A stretch of DNA of 64,000 nucleotides from Felis catus (Eukaryota), in contig NC_058374.1 in the NCBI RefSeq assembly GCF_018350175.1, forward strand, positions 131,440,001-131,504,000, given 5' to 3'. The notes under the pieces are model-generated. The model ran no database searches and was not told the DNA's origin. It worked only from the letters and a program-made list of their open reading frames with translations. Position numbers and translations under genes: made by a program. Below are positions 35,150 to 47,708 of this stretch, piece after piece (within the stretch, counting starts at the first letter, position 1; every line of letters begins with the position of its first letter).

Positions 35150-37258
35150 ATGGCTTGCGTGAGTGCGGGGACCCCGCTCCAAGGCCCAGGGATGGCGTGG
35201 GGGCAGACAGAGGAGAGTAGGCGCAGATGATCTGGGTTCTAGTCCCCAGGGTGTGGCTTTGAACAAGGGCCTTCTTTCTTCTGGGCCTCAGTGGCCCCGT
35301 CTGTAAAATGGGGGTGGGCGCCATGGTCTCCAAAGGCCTTCTCTGGCTTCAGACTTATCTGAATCCCTCCAGGGTCTGACAGCACAGTTATTTCTGCCAA
35401 GGTTTGACATTTTGCAGCTCCCTGATAAGTGGGAGTGAGAAGGGTGTGGCCAACTGGTGGGGTAGGGAGGCACTTTAAGGACGCCCGAGCCGCTGTCCCT
35501 TTCCCCCTCCTCCACCCCAAAGAGCCTCCTGTCCCCTCCCCCTCCTGCAGCTGTCCCCAGTCGCTGGGCCAGGGCAGAGTCATCCTCTGCTCCAGAGAGC
35601 TCTGCAAAGTCGCCAGGATCTGAGACAGGCTGCCCGGGAGGGCGCCTGCCTGGGTTAGTGGGTGGAGGGTGGTTCTGTCCAGGCTAGTCGGGTGGGGGCT
35701 GGGTAACCCTCCCCGCCACTCCCCATGCTGGGAGATGGGTGCTAAGGGAGAGAGAAGGAGGCAAGCCTCTTCCACAGGCCCCGAGGGAAAGGGTTCACGG
35801 TTCTAGCAGAAGGAACCACTCATGCCGGCTAAGTTGGGCGCTGGATCTTACTAGTGCTGAACCAGCCAGGCTGCTGACTCCGGCCGGTGGCCACTCTCCC
35901 TTCTGCAGAGGGGCCTGGCTGTGCCCCTTAGGGGTCTCTTCTCCAGCCCCTGCCCCTCTCTGCACCGAGGGGCTCGAAGGGGATGGGGGGGGGGGATCTC
36001 CCAGTCCCGGGCTGTTTCCTTTCCAACCGAAGGGCGGACCTCTCCATCCCCCTTCCTTTGCCACCAAATCGCAGTGTCACTCACTCCGAGTCAGATTCTC
36101 TCCATCTATTAAACCAAGGGATGGAGCATAGCCACTCTGAATCCAAAATCCTCAAGCCGAACCGCAAAAACTTCAGATCTTGGCTTCTACGACCTCAGTC
36201 GTGTTACAGATAGGAAAAGGACCCGGTTGGGAGCAGGCACTTGCCCAGGACCACGCAAAGAGTCTAGAACTTGCTACCGATTCCCCAGGCTTTCCGCAGG
36301 CCGGGTCAGAGGATCCCGGGCGGGGACGACCCCACCCCGCCGCCCCACCCCCGGGCACTGCGTCCTCTAACCCGGCTGGTGTGGTCTCGTCTTTGCAGGG
36401 TCTGGTCGCCAGCAACCTGAATCTCAAACCTGGCGAGTGCCTCAGAGTGCGGGGCGAGGTGGCCCCCGAAGCCAAGAGGTGAGGGGGTGCGGATGGGGGG
36501 CGGGGGCAGGCGGCTTGGAGCCCGAGGGTCCCGCCCCGCGTCTGGCAGGGGCGTGGCCGGCCAGGCCCCGCCCCTCCCTCCCTCCGGCTGCTAGGGGGGT
36601 TGTCGGCGGTGGCGTTTTCTGAGTGAGTCACTTCCTCCGCGGGGTCTGGACGCCCCCTGTATACTCGCCCCCTTCCCTCCCTGCCGGAGCCTCTTAAACT
36701 AAACCAGCTGCGGCCTCGTCATCTACCTTGGCTGGCCCTGCCCCCACTGTGCGCGCGAGCCAGCCAAGGCCGTGGGGGGGGGGGGCGGGAGAGGGAACAA
36801 GGGGTGTCGCCCCGCCCTTGGCCCTCGGAGGTCCTTCTTTCCCGCGCTCTTCACTCACTCAACCTTTCGTCCCTTCGGTCCTTCCTTCCTTCATTCATTC
36901 ACGAGGCCAGCTGCCTAGTTTCTCAGCAGCCATGTGACCTTGGACCAGTCCTCCAACCGCCTGAGCTTCAGTCTTACCCTATCACGGAGGGGGCAGGTGG
37001 TGGTGTGGAGGAGGTGAGATGCTGGATCTCTCTCTCTCGGGGATGCTGGTGATGACCAGCGGACGTTAGAAAGAGCCGTACATTTCACGTGCATTGTCCA
37101 TTTCATTCTTACCTCCACCCCCCACCCCCGGGGGTATTGCTATTGTCTCCACTCAGCAAATGTGTTATTGCTATTATTATTTTTTTTTAAGTTTATTTAT
37201 TTTGAGAGAGAGAAACAGTATATGCAAGCGGGGGTGGGGGGGGGGGAGTGGGGAGGAG

Positions 37259-37289
<31 letters not shown>

Positions 37290-38396
37290 TCCCAAGCAGG
37301 CTCTGCACTGTCAGCACGGAACCTGATGCGGGGCTGGAACCCATGAACCCGGTTATTGTTATTATGTGTTTATTTGCGCCATCGTTATTGAGCACCTACT
37401 GTGTGTCGTCATGCTGGGCACCGGGAGTGCAGAGATATACCAGACAGGACACTTGCCCTCCCAGAGGTCACCTTCTGGAAGGAGTCCCCATCCTTGACCA
37501 AAGGGACACTAACGCCGGTGAGCGAGAGCCTTGGCCGTCAGTACAGCAAGACCCTTAGCGATCCTTCTTGTACTGCCCCCCATTGTGCAGATGAGGAGAC
37601 TGAAATCCACAGAAGGCCAGGGACTTGCTCAAGGTCACACGGCAAGGACGTGGCAGGGCCAGAACTAGAGTCCAGGTGTCTTGCCCCCCCGCTCAGTGAT
37701 GGTGCACTGAGTGGCACCGCCGGGTCAGTCTGCGGGGGCTGCTGCTGGCCGAGAAGGCCTCAATGCCCCCTGCTCCCCCCCAGCTTCGTGCTGAACCTGG
37801 GCAAAGACAAGGACAACCTGTGCCTGCACTTCAACCCTCGCTTTGAAGCGCACGGAGACGTCAACACCATCGTGTGTAACAGCAAGGACGCCGGGGCCTG
37901 GGGCGCGGAGCAGCGCGAGTCCGCCTTCCCCTTCCAGCCTGGGACGGTCGCAGAGGTGGGCTGGGGCCTGGGGGCAGTGGGCTGGGGCGGAGCTGGGTAT
38001 GCTGGCTAAACACCTAGGTCCCACCCTCCCCTCCCTCCTCTGCCCCAGTCCCCTCCCTCCCCTCACTTGCTGCCTGATGGCCAATGAGCTGAGCGCCAGC
38101 CCCTCTCCCAGCCTCAGCAGCCCCGCCCAGGAAGTGGGGCAGCTGTTAGGGCTCCTTGAGGAAGGAGCTCTCCAAGGGCCCAGGACCCGCTGGCTATGAC
38201 TGCCGAGGCCGGGCTCCACACCACTCACTGCCCTTCTCTGCCCCGCCAGGTGTGCATCTCCTTCGACCAGGCCGACCTGACCGTCAAGCTGCCAGATGGA
38301 CACACATTCAAGTTCCCCAACCGCCTCAACCTGGAGGCCATCAACTACCTGGCAGCCGATGGCGACTTCAAGATCAAGTGCATGGCCTTTGACTGA
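35150..38396 (+). CDS. LGALS1: Galectin-1, 135 aa; join(35150-35158,36399-36478,37784-37955,38250-38396)
   Basis: MACGLVASNLNLKPGEC start; carbohydrate-recognition motifs HFNPRF and WGAEQRE; all six galectin-1 cysteines present; exons 9/80/172/147 nt = 408 nt. Confidence 0.98.
36624..36636. promoter_or_regulatory. AP-1/ETS composite site in LGALS1 intron 2
   Basis: TGAGTCA directly followed by CTTCCT within a GC-rich patch about 1.5 kb from the TSS. Confidence 0.6.
37176..37349 (-). mobile_element. 5'-truncated CanSINE in LGALS1 intron 2
   Basis: Tail, (GA)n and partial body. Confidence 0.85.
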
Positions 38397-38418
38397 AGCC
38401 AGCCGGCTCATGGCCCCT

Positions 38419-38424
38419 AATAAA
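38419..38424 (+). terminator. LGALS1 polyadenylation signal
   Basis: AATAAA 22 nt after the stop codon. Confidence 0.9.
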
Positions 38425-38464
38425 GGCAGCTGCCTGTCCTCTCCCTAGCCCAGCCTCGTGTCCT

Positions 38465-38466
<2 letters not shown>

Positions 38467-38512
<46 letters not shown>
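38467..38512. repeat. (TG)23 microsatellite
   Basis: Perfect dinucleotide run just after the LGALS1 polyA signal. Confidence 0.98.
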
Positions 38513-38515
<3 letters not shown>

Positions 38516-39335
38516 GGGGGAGGGTGCAGGAAAGAGGGTTGCCATCAATTCCCCCAGGCTCCGCTCCTTCCTTCGATTCCATTCACCTCCTCGATTCCAT
38601 TCACCTCCTCGGTGCACACTCTTAAGTGCCAGGGACAGCTTCCCCTGGGTCCCCAGGGCCAAACAGGGAACTCAGTGCATCGGAGGGGACTGGTGTCTGC
38701 TAAGTGAAACCCAGTCACAGTCCTCAAACAGCTCCCAACCCAGTGAGCCCCAGCACACAGTAGGTGCTCAAAAGATGCCGAATAAATGAAACCAGGGGAA
38801 AGAGGCTTGGACAGACCGATCCGTGCCATGGTTATCTGACGGCACAGGGGGAGGGGGCGGGAACAATCCCTGAGGCTCCCCTCATTGGCTTTCATGGGCC
38901 AGAAAGAGATCTGGTTCAGAGTGTGGGGGCTACGAGCTGTGTGGCCCCGTGCATGTTAACTGACCTCTCTGAGCCTATCGGAGGGCTGTCCTGAAGATGA
39001 AATGATGTGTGAAGCAGGACAAGTTTAATGCCCGGCACAAGGTGGGGAGCAGTTTCCCATCCCTGCTGCACTACCTCGCGAGACATTCTTCCCCAAATTT
39101 GAAGGGGAGGAAAGCGCTTCTGCATGACGACAGGACCCCTTGGCCTGCACCGGGCCCAGCTGAGCCCTGTGGGGCTCCCCAGGCATCCCAGCTTTGTGGG
39201 GCCCAGGCCACATACCCCAATGCTGGAGTGTAAGGGCAGCCAGGGTGCTAGTCTGGAAACTTCTGGTTCTGTGGCCCCGGGGCAGGACCCTCATCCTGAC
39301 TCTGGGAAAGATGGGCTTGGGCAACGGGACTTGGC

Positions 39336-39474
39336 CTTTTTTTTTTTTTTCTTTTCTTCTCTTTTTCCTAAGTTTATTTATTTTTGGTTATCGCTACCCC
39401 CAATGTGAGACTTAAACTCATGACCCTGAGATCAAGAGTCACATGCTCTTTGGACTGAGCCAGCCAGGCAGCCC
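39336..39474 (-). mobile_element. Short CanSINE variant lacking the (CT)n segment
   Basis: T-tail, then aactcatgaccctgagatcaagagtcacatgctc...actgagccagccaggcagccc. Confidence 0.85.
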
Positions 39475-42433
39475 CTGCTGGCCTGTTTCTGTAGAGGAGG
39501 AACTGGGGTGTGAGGGGACCATGCCAGCACCCCCGCCCCTGCGGAGAACCGAGCAGACTTGTAGCTTAGCCTCTAGGCCCCCAGAGGCCTCCTGCAGGGC
39601 AGAGGAATTCGGGGAACTCACTGGGCCTGAGATGAGGTGTCCATGTGTCTCTCCTCTTGGCTTCCAAAGAGGACAGTCTTCAAGACCCTCCAGGCTCTGT
39701 CACCCCAGAGGGCGGTGTTTAACCCAGCCCATCACACTTACTTGTCACAAGTGATGGGATCTGAGCTGGTGGCCGGGCCACCCTGCAGACCGACCATTTC
39801 CCAGCACCTCTTCCTTCCTGCTTCCTGCTGCAGGCCCCTACCTCCCTGAGAAACAGCCCCCAGAACCGAGCCAATGTTTTGGATGACTCAGGCTCAGAAC
39901 CTCGGTGTGGGCTTCCTCCAAACCCTAGGGCACTATCTCCTGAGCTGTGTGTGTATGCGGGGCGGTGGGGGGGTGGTGGGTGGGGGGAAAGGCTGGCAAA
40001 TTTCATTCTCCGGGCAGCGCTTGGTGTGGGACTCACAGTGGCACTTTTCCACCCCGAGACTTAGTTTCCCTATCTGTAAAATGGGAGTCAGTATTTGCAC
40101 CTCAGCCCTTTTGGGTGGCTGATTCCCATCTCAGTGGGTCCCCTAGGGAGAACATCCCTATAAGACGGCCCCAGGAGGATGGAGTGCACACGCTGGGGTC
40201 TGCCATGAGCCACACCCCATCTCCAGGCTCTCCTGGGGCACCCGAGTGGCCGCCTGAAGGGAAACGGCTTTGGAAGTCTGGCTGTGGTGGGGCGCCCTCT
40301 GCTGGACAACGGAGAAAGTGTCTCTTGGACTGTCTTTTCCCGGGGCCTCGGGGTTCAGCCCCACTGATGCTCCCTTAGGCGGGCTGAACACCCACCATAC
40401 ACCAGGTCTGGGAGGCACTACAACGGGGCAGAGGAAAGCCCTGGGGCAGATAGGGAATGAAACCCCTGGGTTTGGAGGAAGGAAACTGGGTTCAGAGTCA
40501 AACACACCTGTGTTCAAACCCCAGTTCCATCACTGTGTGTCCTAGGGCCGGTTGCTAGACCTCTCTGAACTCAGCTGCCTCATCACCGAATTGCAAAAAT
40601 ACTCGTATCCACCCTGTGGGATTGTTGCAAAGATTAGCTGAAATAACGTAGAGAAATGCATGGTGCCCAGCACCCAGTAGGTGCTCAGTAACCATAAAAA
40701 TGATTTCAAAGGAGAAACCCATCCAAAGAGGGGTAGGTGTTTTAGACCATGAGCTGCCATAAAGGGGTCTCAAGTTTTGGAGTCTGGGTGGGGTACTAGG
40801 CCCTTGTCTCCTCTCCTGGGGCAAGGGGACCTGAAATGCCCTGGGAAGTGTGGAGTAACGGTGCCTGCCTGAGGTGGCAGGCTTCGCTCTGCACTGGAAG
40901 CTTCTGGACCCGAGGTCTCCCAGAGCTCCGCAGGGGCAGGCGGGCAGCAAGGGCTGGAGAGCCAACCACCCAGAGCTCCCCACACAAGGTCCTGCAGAAG
41001 CAGCTGTCCCCTTCCTCGGTCCCCGTCTCTGTGTCAGGCTGGAAGTTCGGGGAGGACAGAAGTCAGGGAATGGCTCTGTACCCCACTTACTACTTGAGCC
41101 ACTGTGGTCAAGGCACTTCCCCTGCCTGAGCTTCCGTTTCCTCACCTGTATAATAGGGGCGAGAGCATGTATGACTTATACACAAGTCACAGGGAGGTTG
41201 GGAAGGTCAACTGAGATAATCCACGGGAGGCCCCGAGAACATTCCTCAGCACAGAGGAAGACTGAATGGGTGGACGGTGGAGAGGGAAGGAACCCAGGGA
41301 AGTTTATGATTTATCAAGTCCTGCGGCACTTTTCATCTATAGCCGGTCTGCTTGGGGCAGCGGAACCTGGTAAACAGCAGGCAGCAGCCCTGAGACCCAG
41401 TGCTGGGGATCCAGGAGGAACCCCAGCATCGCTGGGGGCATCACCGGAGCCAGGGCAATGCTTCTACCCAGAGGGAGGGTACCAGGGGTGTTATTAGGGT
41501 GTGGCCACTGAGGGGCAAAAAGTCAGAAGGGCAAGTGTTCATCACCCTGAAGCCCCACCATTGGGGCAGTCCCCTGCTGTGCCCAGGGTTCGAGGATAAC
41601 TTCCTCTCAGCACCCAGCATGGAACCCTTCAGGCAGAGCCCCCTTGTGAAATGGGTTCGACATTCACAGAGAGATGTACCCACTGTGTGTCTGGCCCCTT
41701 CCAAAACCCACGGTCAGGGTCCGCATCTTGCCCTCCAGAGCGGGCACGCGAGCTCCTGGGGGAGTGATCCCTCAGGCCAGTGGCCCAGGGAGCTGGACCA
41801 CGAGGCCACAGACTCAGGTTCAAGTCCCAGCTTGGACACAGAGTAGCCCTGTAACCTTGGACACGTTGCGTCTGCTGAAAGAACACGTCTCTTCTCCGTG
41901 TGCCTGGCACACAGTAGGCACTCAATGCACGTGTGTTTACTTGCTCTCTGGGCTCCCGTTACTTGTCAAAGGAGAAGGGGGCGGAGTCTTAAGGGCCTTT
42001 TATTCCTCCGCTGTCCCTACTCTCAGCTAGTTCTGGGGTCACCTCCTCTGAGAAGCCCTCTGCACTGGAGGAGCCAACACTGACCTCCTGCAGCCTCCTG
42101 TGCTTCTCCCTGCACTGTGACCCGGCACTGTGACTCTGCCAGACTGGCCAGTCTTTAAAAGCAAGGGTAGCAGCTTGTCTGCGGCACCCAGCACAGATGA
42201 ACTGAGATAGGGGATTCAGGCACACAATCCTAGTTACTAAAATGCTCCTGCAGGTGGTGTTCTACTGAATGCCTTCACATGCGTGCCCTCATTTTCAGGA
42301 GAGGATGTGCTGTTACATCCCCATGGCACGCTCTGGGAAACTGACACACAGACGGGGGAGACGGCTTGTGTCGCAAACACGTGCGAGGCATGTCTTACTT
42401 ACACGCACTGTGACATAACTCACCTTGCCTCAG

Positions 42434-42613
42434 AATCGTGGTTCTCAAAGTGTGGTCCGTGGACCAGCAACCCCTGAGAACATGTTAGCGATGCAGATTA
42501 TGGGGCTCATTCTAGACCGGCTGAATCAGGAACTCAAAGCGGGTGCAAAGCCATTTGTGTTTCAGCAAGTCCTCTGGGGGATTCTGACGCAAGCCAACGT
42601 TGGAAAACCACTG
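42434..42613. mobile_element. MER5A-like hAT-Charlie element
   Basis: TIRs gtggttctcaaagtgtggtcc ... gttggaaaaccactg; internal atgcagatt...ctgaatcag. Confidence 0.8.
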
Positions 42614-42929
42614 CCTTGCAATAACCCTACAAAGTCACTATAATTATCCCCATTTTATAAATAGGCCAACCGGGGCAAAGCAAAGGCAATTGGTCCAGAA
42701 CCACAGCTGTGCGTGGACTACCAGGGTTCTAATCCAGATAGTTTGGCCCCAGAAGTGTGCTCTTGGGAGACCACCAACGAGTTGACATGAGAATCGAAAG
42801 TAGGATCAGAAATATTTGGCCCGTTTACTAATATCTCCGTACTGAGCACCTACTGCACGCCAGCCACCGTGCTAGGCCCTGGAACCTCGCTTTCACTGTT
42901 GCTAGTCTATGAGACGGATTGGGGTTAGG

Positions 42930-43530
42930 AATCACGGAGGGGGAACACCCAAAACGCACGACTGGGGAGGCCGGCCCCGCGGCCCCTTTAAAAGGCGGGG
43001 CCTGAGGAACGGAACGACGGAGCCTAAGTGCGCGGCGCGCCCGAGAGGGTAAAAACGGTACACCCGGAAGTGTTTTAGGCGTGCGGGCGGCGCGCTGCCG
43101 GGGGCCTCACCGCTATGGGCCGCAACAAGAAGAAGAAGCGAGATGGCGACGATCGGAGGCCGAGGCTCGTTCTCAGCTTCGACGAAGAAAAGCGGCGGTG
43201 AGTGCCAAGCCTGGAGCGGATCTCCTTCGGGCTGCCGGCCAAGGCCACGGCCTGGCCCGGGCGGCTTCCACTCCCGCAGAGGTCCCTTCCGGCCCCTCCC
43301 TCTTGGCGTGGCCCGTTGCCCCCCCCCCCCTCGACACCAACCCCCACTGCGGAATGGAAGCGGCCGCTGCCGGCCCCCAGCGTGGGGAATGGAACCGCCC
43401 GCCCCGCCCTCTCGTTGCTCACTTTGCACCTTGCTCCTGCGGGGTGCGCTTCGGCTGGGAGCTGGGAGCTGGCGGCTCGTAGCGGTGGCTTCGATCTCCC
43501 TAGCCCAGCCCAGCCGCCCCACACGCGAGA
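42930..43530 (+). promoter_or_regulatory. NOL12 CpG-island promoter with ETS/GABP site CCGGAAGTG (43064-43072)
   Basis: CpG-rich; GC box, NRF1-like gcgcggcgcgc and ETS motif just upstream of the ATG. Confidence 0.8.
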
Positions 43531-45229
43531 CTCAGCTGTTGGTGATGAGGGAGTGAGATGAGAGTGGCTCAAGTTCACGTATTCACTCGTCAAGACGTGT
43601 GCTGAGCTCCTTCGGTGTGTGTGCCAGCCAGATCGCAGGACCCCTGAGTTGGACCCCTGAGCCTCAGCGTTCAGTCCGTCAGATGCTATCCGTTCAGAGT
43701 GCCACTTTTGCATATGGTAGCGGGTCAGCGAAAAACCTAGTGTTGGGCCCCGGAACATTTGGGGATGGTGCAGCCAGCACTAGAGAGATGAGAAGGAGCC
43801 AAGATCAGATAGGAGAGGGAAATGCTGGAACGTCGTCAGGATACACAGGGTGGCGTCAACAGGCCCTACAGTTGGGTCCAGGGGGCAGGTGTCCTGGGCA
43901 AATGTGCCAGTCGGGTGGAAAGTTTGCAGATGTCTGGATGAGGGTGGCCTTAAAAGTGGCCTTGCTAAGGGGGCGCCTGGGTGGCTCAGTCGGTTAAGTG
44001 TCCGACTTCAGCTCACGGTTCGTGAGTTTGAGCCCCACGTCAGGCTCTGGGCCGACAGCTCGAGCCTGGAGCCTGCTTCGGATTCTGTGTCTCCCTCTTT
44101 CTCTGCCCTTCCCCCATTCACACTCTGTCTCTCTCAAAAATGAATAAACGTTAAAAAAAAAAAATTAAAAGTGACCTTGCTAGAAATGGCTTAATCCCCT
44201 GGGTAGTGGAATTTGGCAATGTAGAAGGGCCCCCACTGGCCCTGTTGCTTGAAGTCGAGAGCCTTGGAGGGTGGTGGGTGGAAACAGGCAGCATCTCCCT
44301 CTTCTTCCTAAACTTACACTCTCTATGACCTTTTGCAAGTGACCTAGCCTCTCTGTGCCTCAGTGTCCCCATCTGTAAACTGGGAATTGGTGCCTGCTTA
44401 CAAGTTGTGAGGAATACGTGAGTTAAACCGGTGTTAATTTTCGGAGCAGTACAGAGGTAGTGGTTTTTCTCTCCCTGGAGTGAGCCTGCCTTTCCTCGTG
44501 TCCCCTCCTGACTCTCCCTTGCCTCTTTCCTGTAGGGAGTACCTGACCGGCTTCCATAAGCGGAAGGTAGAGCGGAAGAAGGCAGCCATTGAGGAGATCA
44601 AGCATCGGCTCAGGGAGGAGCAGAAGAAACTCCGGGAGGAGGTACAGGGGGAGGAAGGGGACTAGGGAGACAGAGAGAGTGTGTGTGTGTGTGTATGTAT
44701 GTGTATATATATCTATCTGAATATATGTATGTATCTGAATGTATATATATTTGAATATATGTGTATCTGAATATATGTGTATCTGAATATATATCTATAT
44801 CTATATCTATCTATCTATCTATCTATCTCTCTATATATAGATAGATAGATAGATATAGATATATATATCTGACTCCCAAGGGATTTACAGCCTTGGTTAG
44901 CCTTAATAGGGGTATCTGCAGGAATGAGGGGAGGTGTGGGCAGGCCTGGGGAGCAGTTTGTACAGGTAGAATCACGGTGGGCCCAGGTCTGGGGAAGGTT
45001 TAGGATGGAATCTCCTAGCGTTTCATCCCGAGCCACACATGGTCTCACTCACCCTGGAGGTGAGCAGTGCTCTTGCCTGGGGTTGGCCGGAGAGGCCATA
45101 CTCACTGTGTTCCCTTCCCTTTTGGCTTTAGCGCCATCAGGAGTACTTGAAGCTGCTGGCAGAGAGAGAGGAGGCTCTGGGTAAGTCCCAGCTTTTGCCC
45201 GGACCTGGAGAACAGCTAACAGGCCTAGG

Positions 45230-45262
<33 letters not shown>

Positions 45263-47708
45263 CCCTTGGTGGGTGAAAGGGGAGAGGTGTGGGGGCTGCA
45301 CAGAAGCCAACTGCCCTAGCTCTAGGCGTCTTGGTGGTGACCTGGGGGTCACGGGTGGTGTTCAGGGACGTCTAAACGTGAGTGGATCAGAGACGAGGAG
45401 GACAGACGTCTTGGGAAAGCGATTCCTTAGCAGAAAGCCCAGTTTCTGAGGCCTGGAGGGACTAGGGGTAGAGGGGATGGGCAGCAGCAGCTGCTGGGGT
45501 CACATCGGGTTTGTCCTAGATGAGAACCAGATGGTGTGAGGTCCCCCTGGAGCATCAAGGGAGGAGTTGAATCACTTACGTTTGTCCACAGGCCAGGCTC
45601 TGGAGCCGGTGACTTCCCTGGACACTCTCCCATAGAGTAGCGGGGGCTGCTGCGCTCCAGGGCTGGGAGGGGGGTTAGAATCTGGTCACTTGTGCTATGA
45701 GGCTGCGACCCGCTTCTTTGCCCACCTTGCGCAGAGGAGGCAGACGAACTGGACAGGTTGGTGACAGCAAAGACAGAGTCGGTGCAGTATGACCATCCCA
45801 ACCACACGGTCACCGTGACCACCATCAGCGACCTGGACCTCTCGGGGGCCCGCCTGCTTGGACTGCCCCCACCCGAGGTGGGTGTAACTTCCAGCCCCAG
45901 GAGGGAAGGGGCCCAGGTGCAGACTGGCTTGTCGGGGTTGCTAAGTGCTGGCCCATGTCCTGGGGATGGCGATGATGCCGGGGGCTCTCTCCCTGCCGGG
46001 CGCTCGTTAGAGCCCGGACCAAATCCCTGACCCTGGGGCTTCCAGAAGCCAGTTCCATGCCTGAGCGGCTGTGGGGGCGTGGGCAGGTGTCTGCCTTGCC
46101 AGCTTTCCTTTCTGCCCCAGTAAGGGGGGGGGTCACTGGTGATAGCAGTCACACGGAAGTTGTCAGGCTTTGAGCTGAGAGGTGTTAGCAGGTTGCAATC
46201 AACAGTAAAAAAAAAAAAAAAAGGATCCCCCCCCTTTTAAAAGCACTCAGCGCGCCTTGACTAATGACCCACCGAGCCGTCACTAAAGGGCGGACTGAAA
46301 ACGCTGCTTTTGGACGAAGCGGCAGCGTGTCATGTTCCGCTTCCGTTGGTGTCACAAGCTGTTCGCCTCGGGGCCGGGGGCACCGACTGCTGGGGGTGTG
46401 GGCGAAGGGAGAGGCTTGGGAAGTGACAAGGAAATGCTACGCGGGCGAACTGGCCTCAGCTCTCGACAAATAAATACAAGTGAACACTTAAAGAAAAGGA
46501 AAGAGAGCAGAACGTCATTGAAAACATCAAAAAGCCTCCCAGTTAAGTGTCATCTGAAACGTTTGTTTCCGGCTGAAGTTGTGTCTGCCTGGCCGTGTGG
46601 GCCTTTCACGGAAATACCTGTACGTACACGGTTACGAGGCAAACCACACTTCCTGTCACGGGTTCACGTGTCCTTAAGTCCTGAGCTGCTGCCTTGTCAC
46701 GCCCTTAGTGGTCTCGCCCTCACCTTCTGTTTTGTGCTCATTCTTCCGCACGGTCCTCCCGGCCTCCGCTTACGGTGGACGGTCAGACGTTCACAGGTGA
46801 GAGAACTCGAAAACTGGGGGAGAGGCTCTGAAACACAGCTCTTCCCCGTGTGGTCCCCGCTTTGGGGGCACACGTGGCTTTTCCACCCGCAGCCTTCTCC
46901 GAGCCCCCAAGCCAGGCCTCGAAGCGGCAGGCCATGCCCTCACGTGACATAGCCGTGACTGCTCGGGGTCAGGCTTCCCGACCTGCCACTCTGTGTGACA
47001 GTCCTTGTCCTGTGCTTCTTTAGCAAGCGGCCGGGCACGGGTCCGAGGAAGAGGCGTCATCCACGGAGAAGCTGACCAGAGCCTTACCCAGGAAGTCCAG
47101 AGATCCCCTCCTGTCCCAGCGGTGAGCCCTGGCCTGTCCTCCCCTATGACGCTGCTCCCTCATGGCTGACAGTGGTGGCCGGGCCTGTGGAGTCGCCTCT
47201 CGCTGGCCTGTGGCGGGTGGCACGGGGCAGGTGTGGAGCCTGGAGCAGCCGCTCTGCTTTGCCTGTTGAGGAGTCCCTCCCTCCTTACTGTCCCCCACCT
47301 CCACTCCTTGAGAATGGCCAGCCCTGGGTGCCTTCGGTGCCTGGGGTAAAGGCCTTTTCATGAGCTGAGGAGCTGGCAGGGCCTCTGGGGTCAGAGCCGG
47401 CTGCCTTTGGCATGGATGTGGTTCTCCCGGCACTCAAGGCCTGTTCCAATGTCCTCCGTGAGCCGGGCAATCAGTCACCCCGCCACCCAGCCTCCCACCC
47501 ATGCCTTGTTCCCAGCCTCACCAGCCTTGCACCCTCCTACAGGATCTCCGCTCTCACGGCTTCGCTGCATGCACACAGTCGCAAAAAGGGCAAGAGGAAA
47601 CATCCCCGACGGGCCCAAGACTCCACCAAGAAGCCCCCGAGTGCCACCCGTACGAGCAAGACCCAGCGCCGCCGGCTGACGGGCAAAGCCCGGCACAGCG
47701 GAGAGTGA
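43115..47708 (+). CDS. NOL12: Nucleolar protein 12 (Rrp17/Nop25 family), 214 aa; join(43115-43197,44536-44641,45132-45180,45735-45877,47024-47121,47543-47708)
   Basis: [43 protein letters not shown] family signature; GT-AG introns in frame, 645 nt; basic C-terminal tail. Confidence 0.97.
43969..44164 (+). mobile_element. CanSINE in NOL12 intron 1
   Basis: TSD ttaaaagtg(g/a)ccttgcta. Confidence 0.92.
44671..44871. repeat. Compound (GA)(GT)(TA)/(TATC)n/(GATA)n simple repeat with about five copies of gtgtatctgaatatat
   Basis: Directly visible in NOL12 intron 2. Confidence 0.95.
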
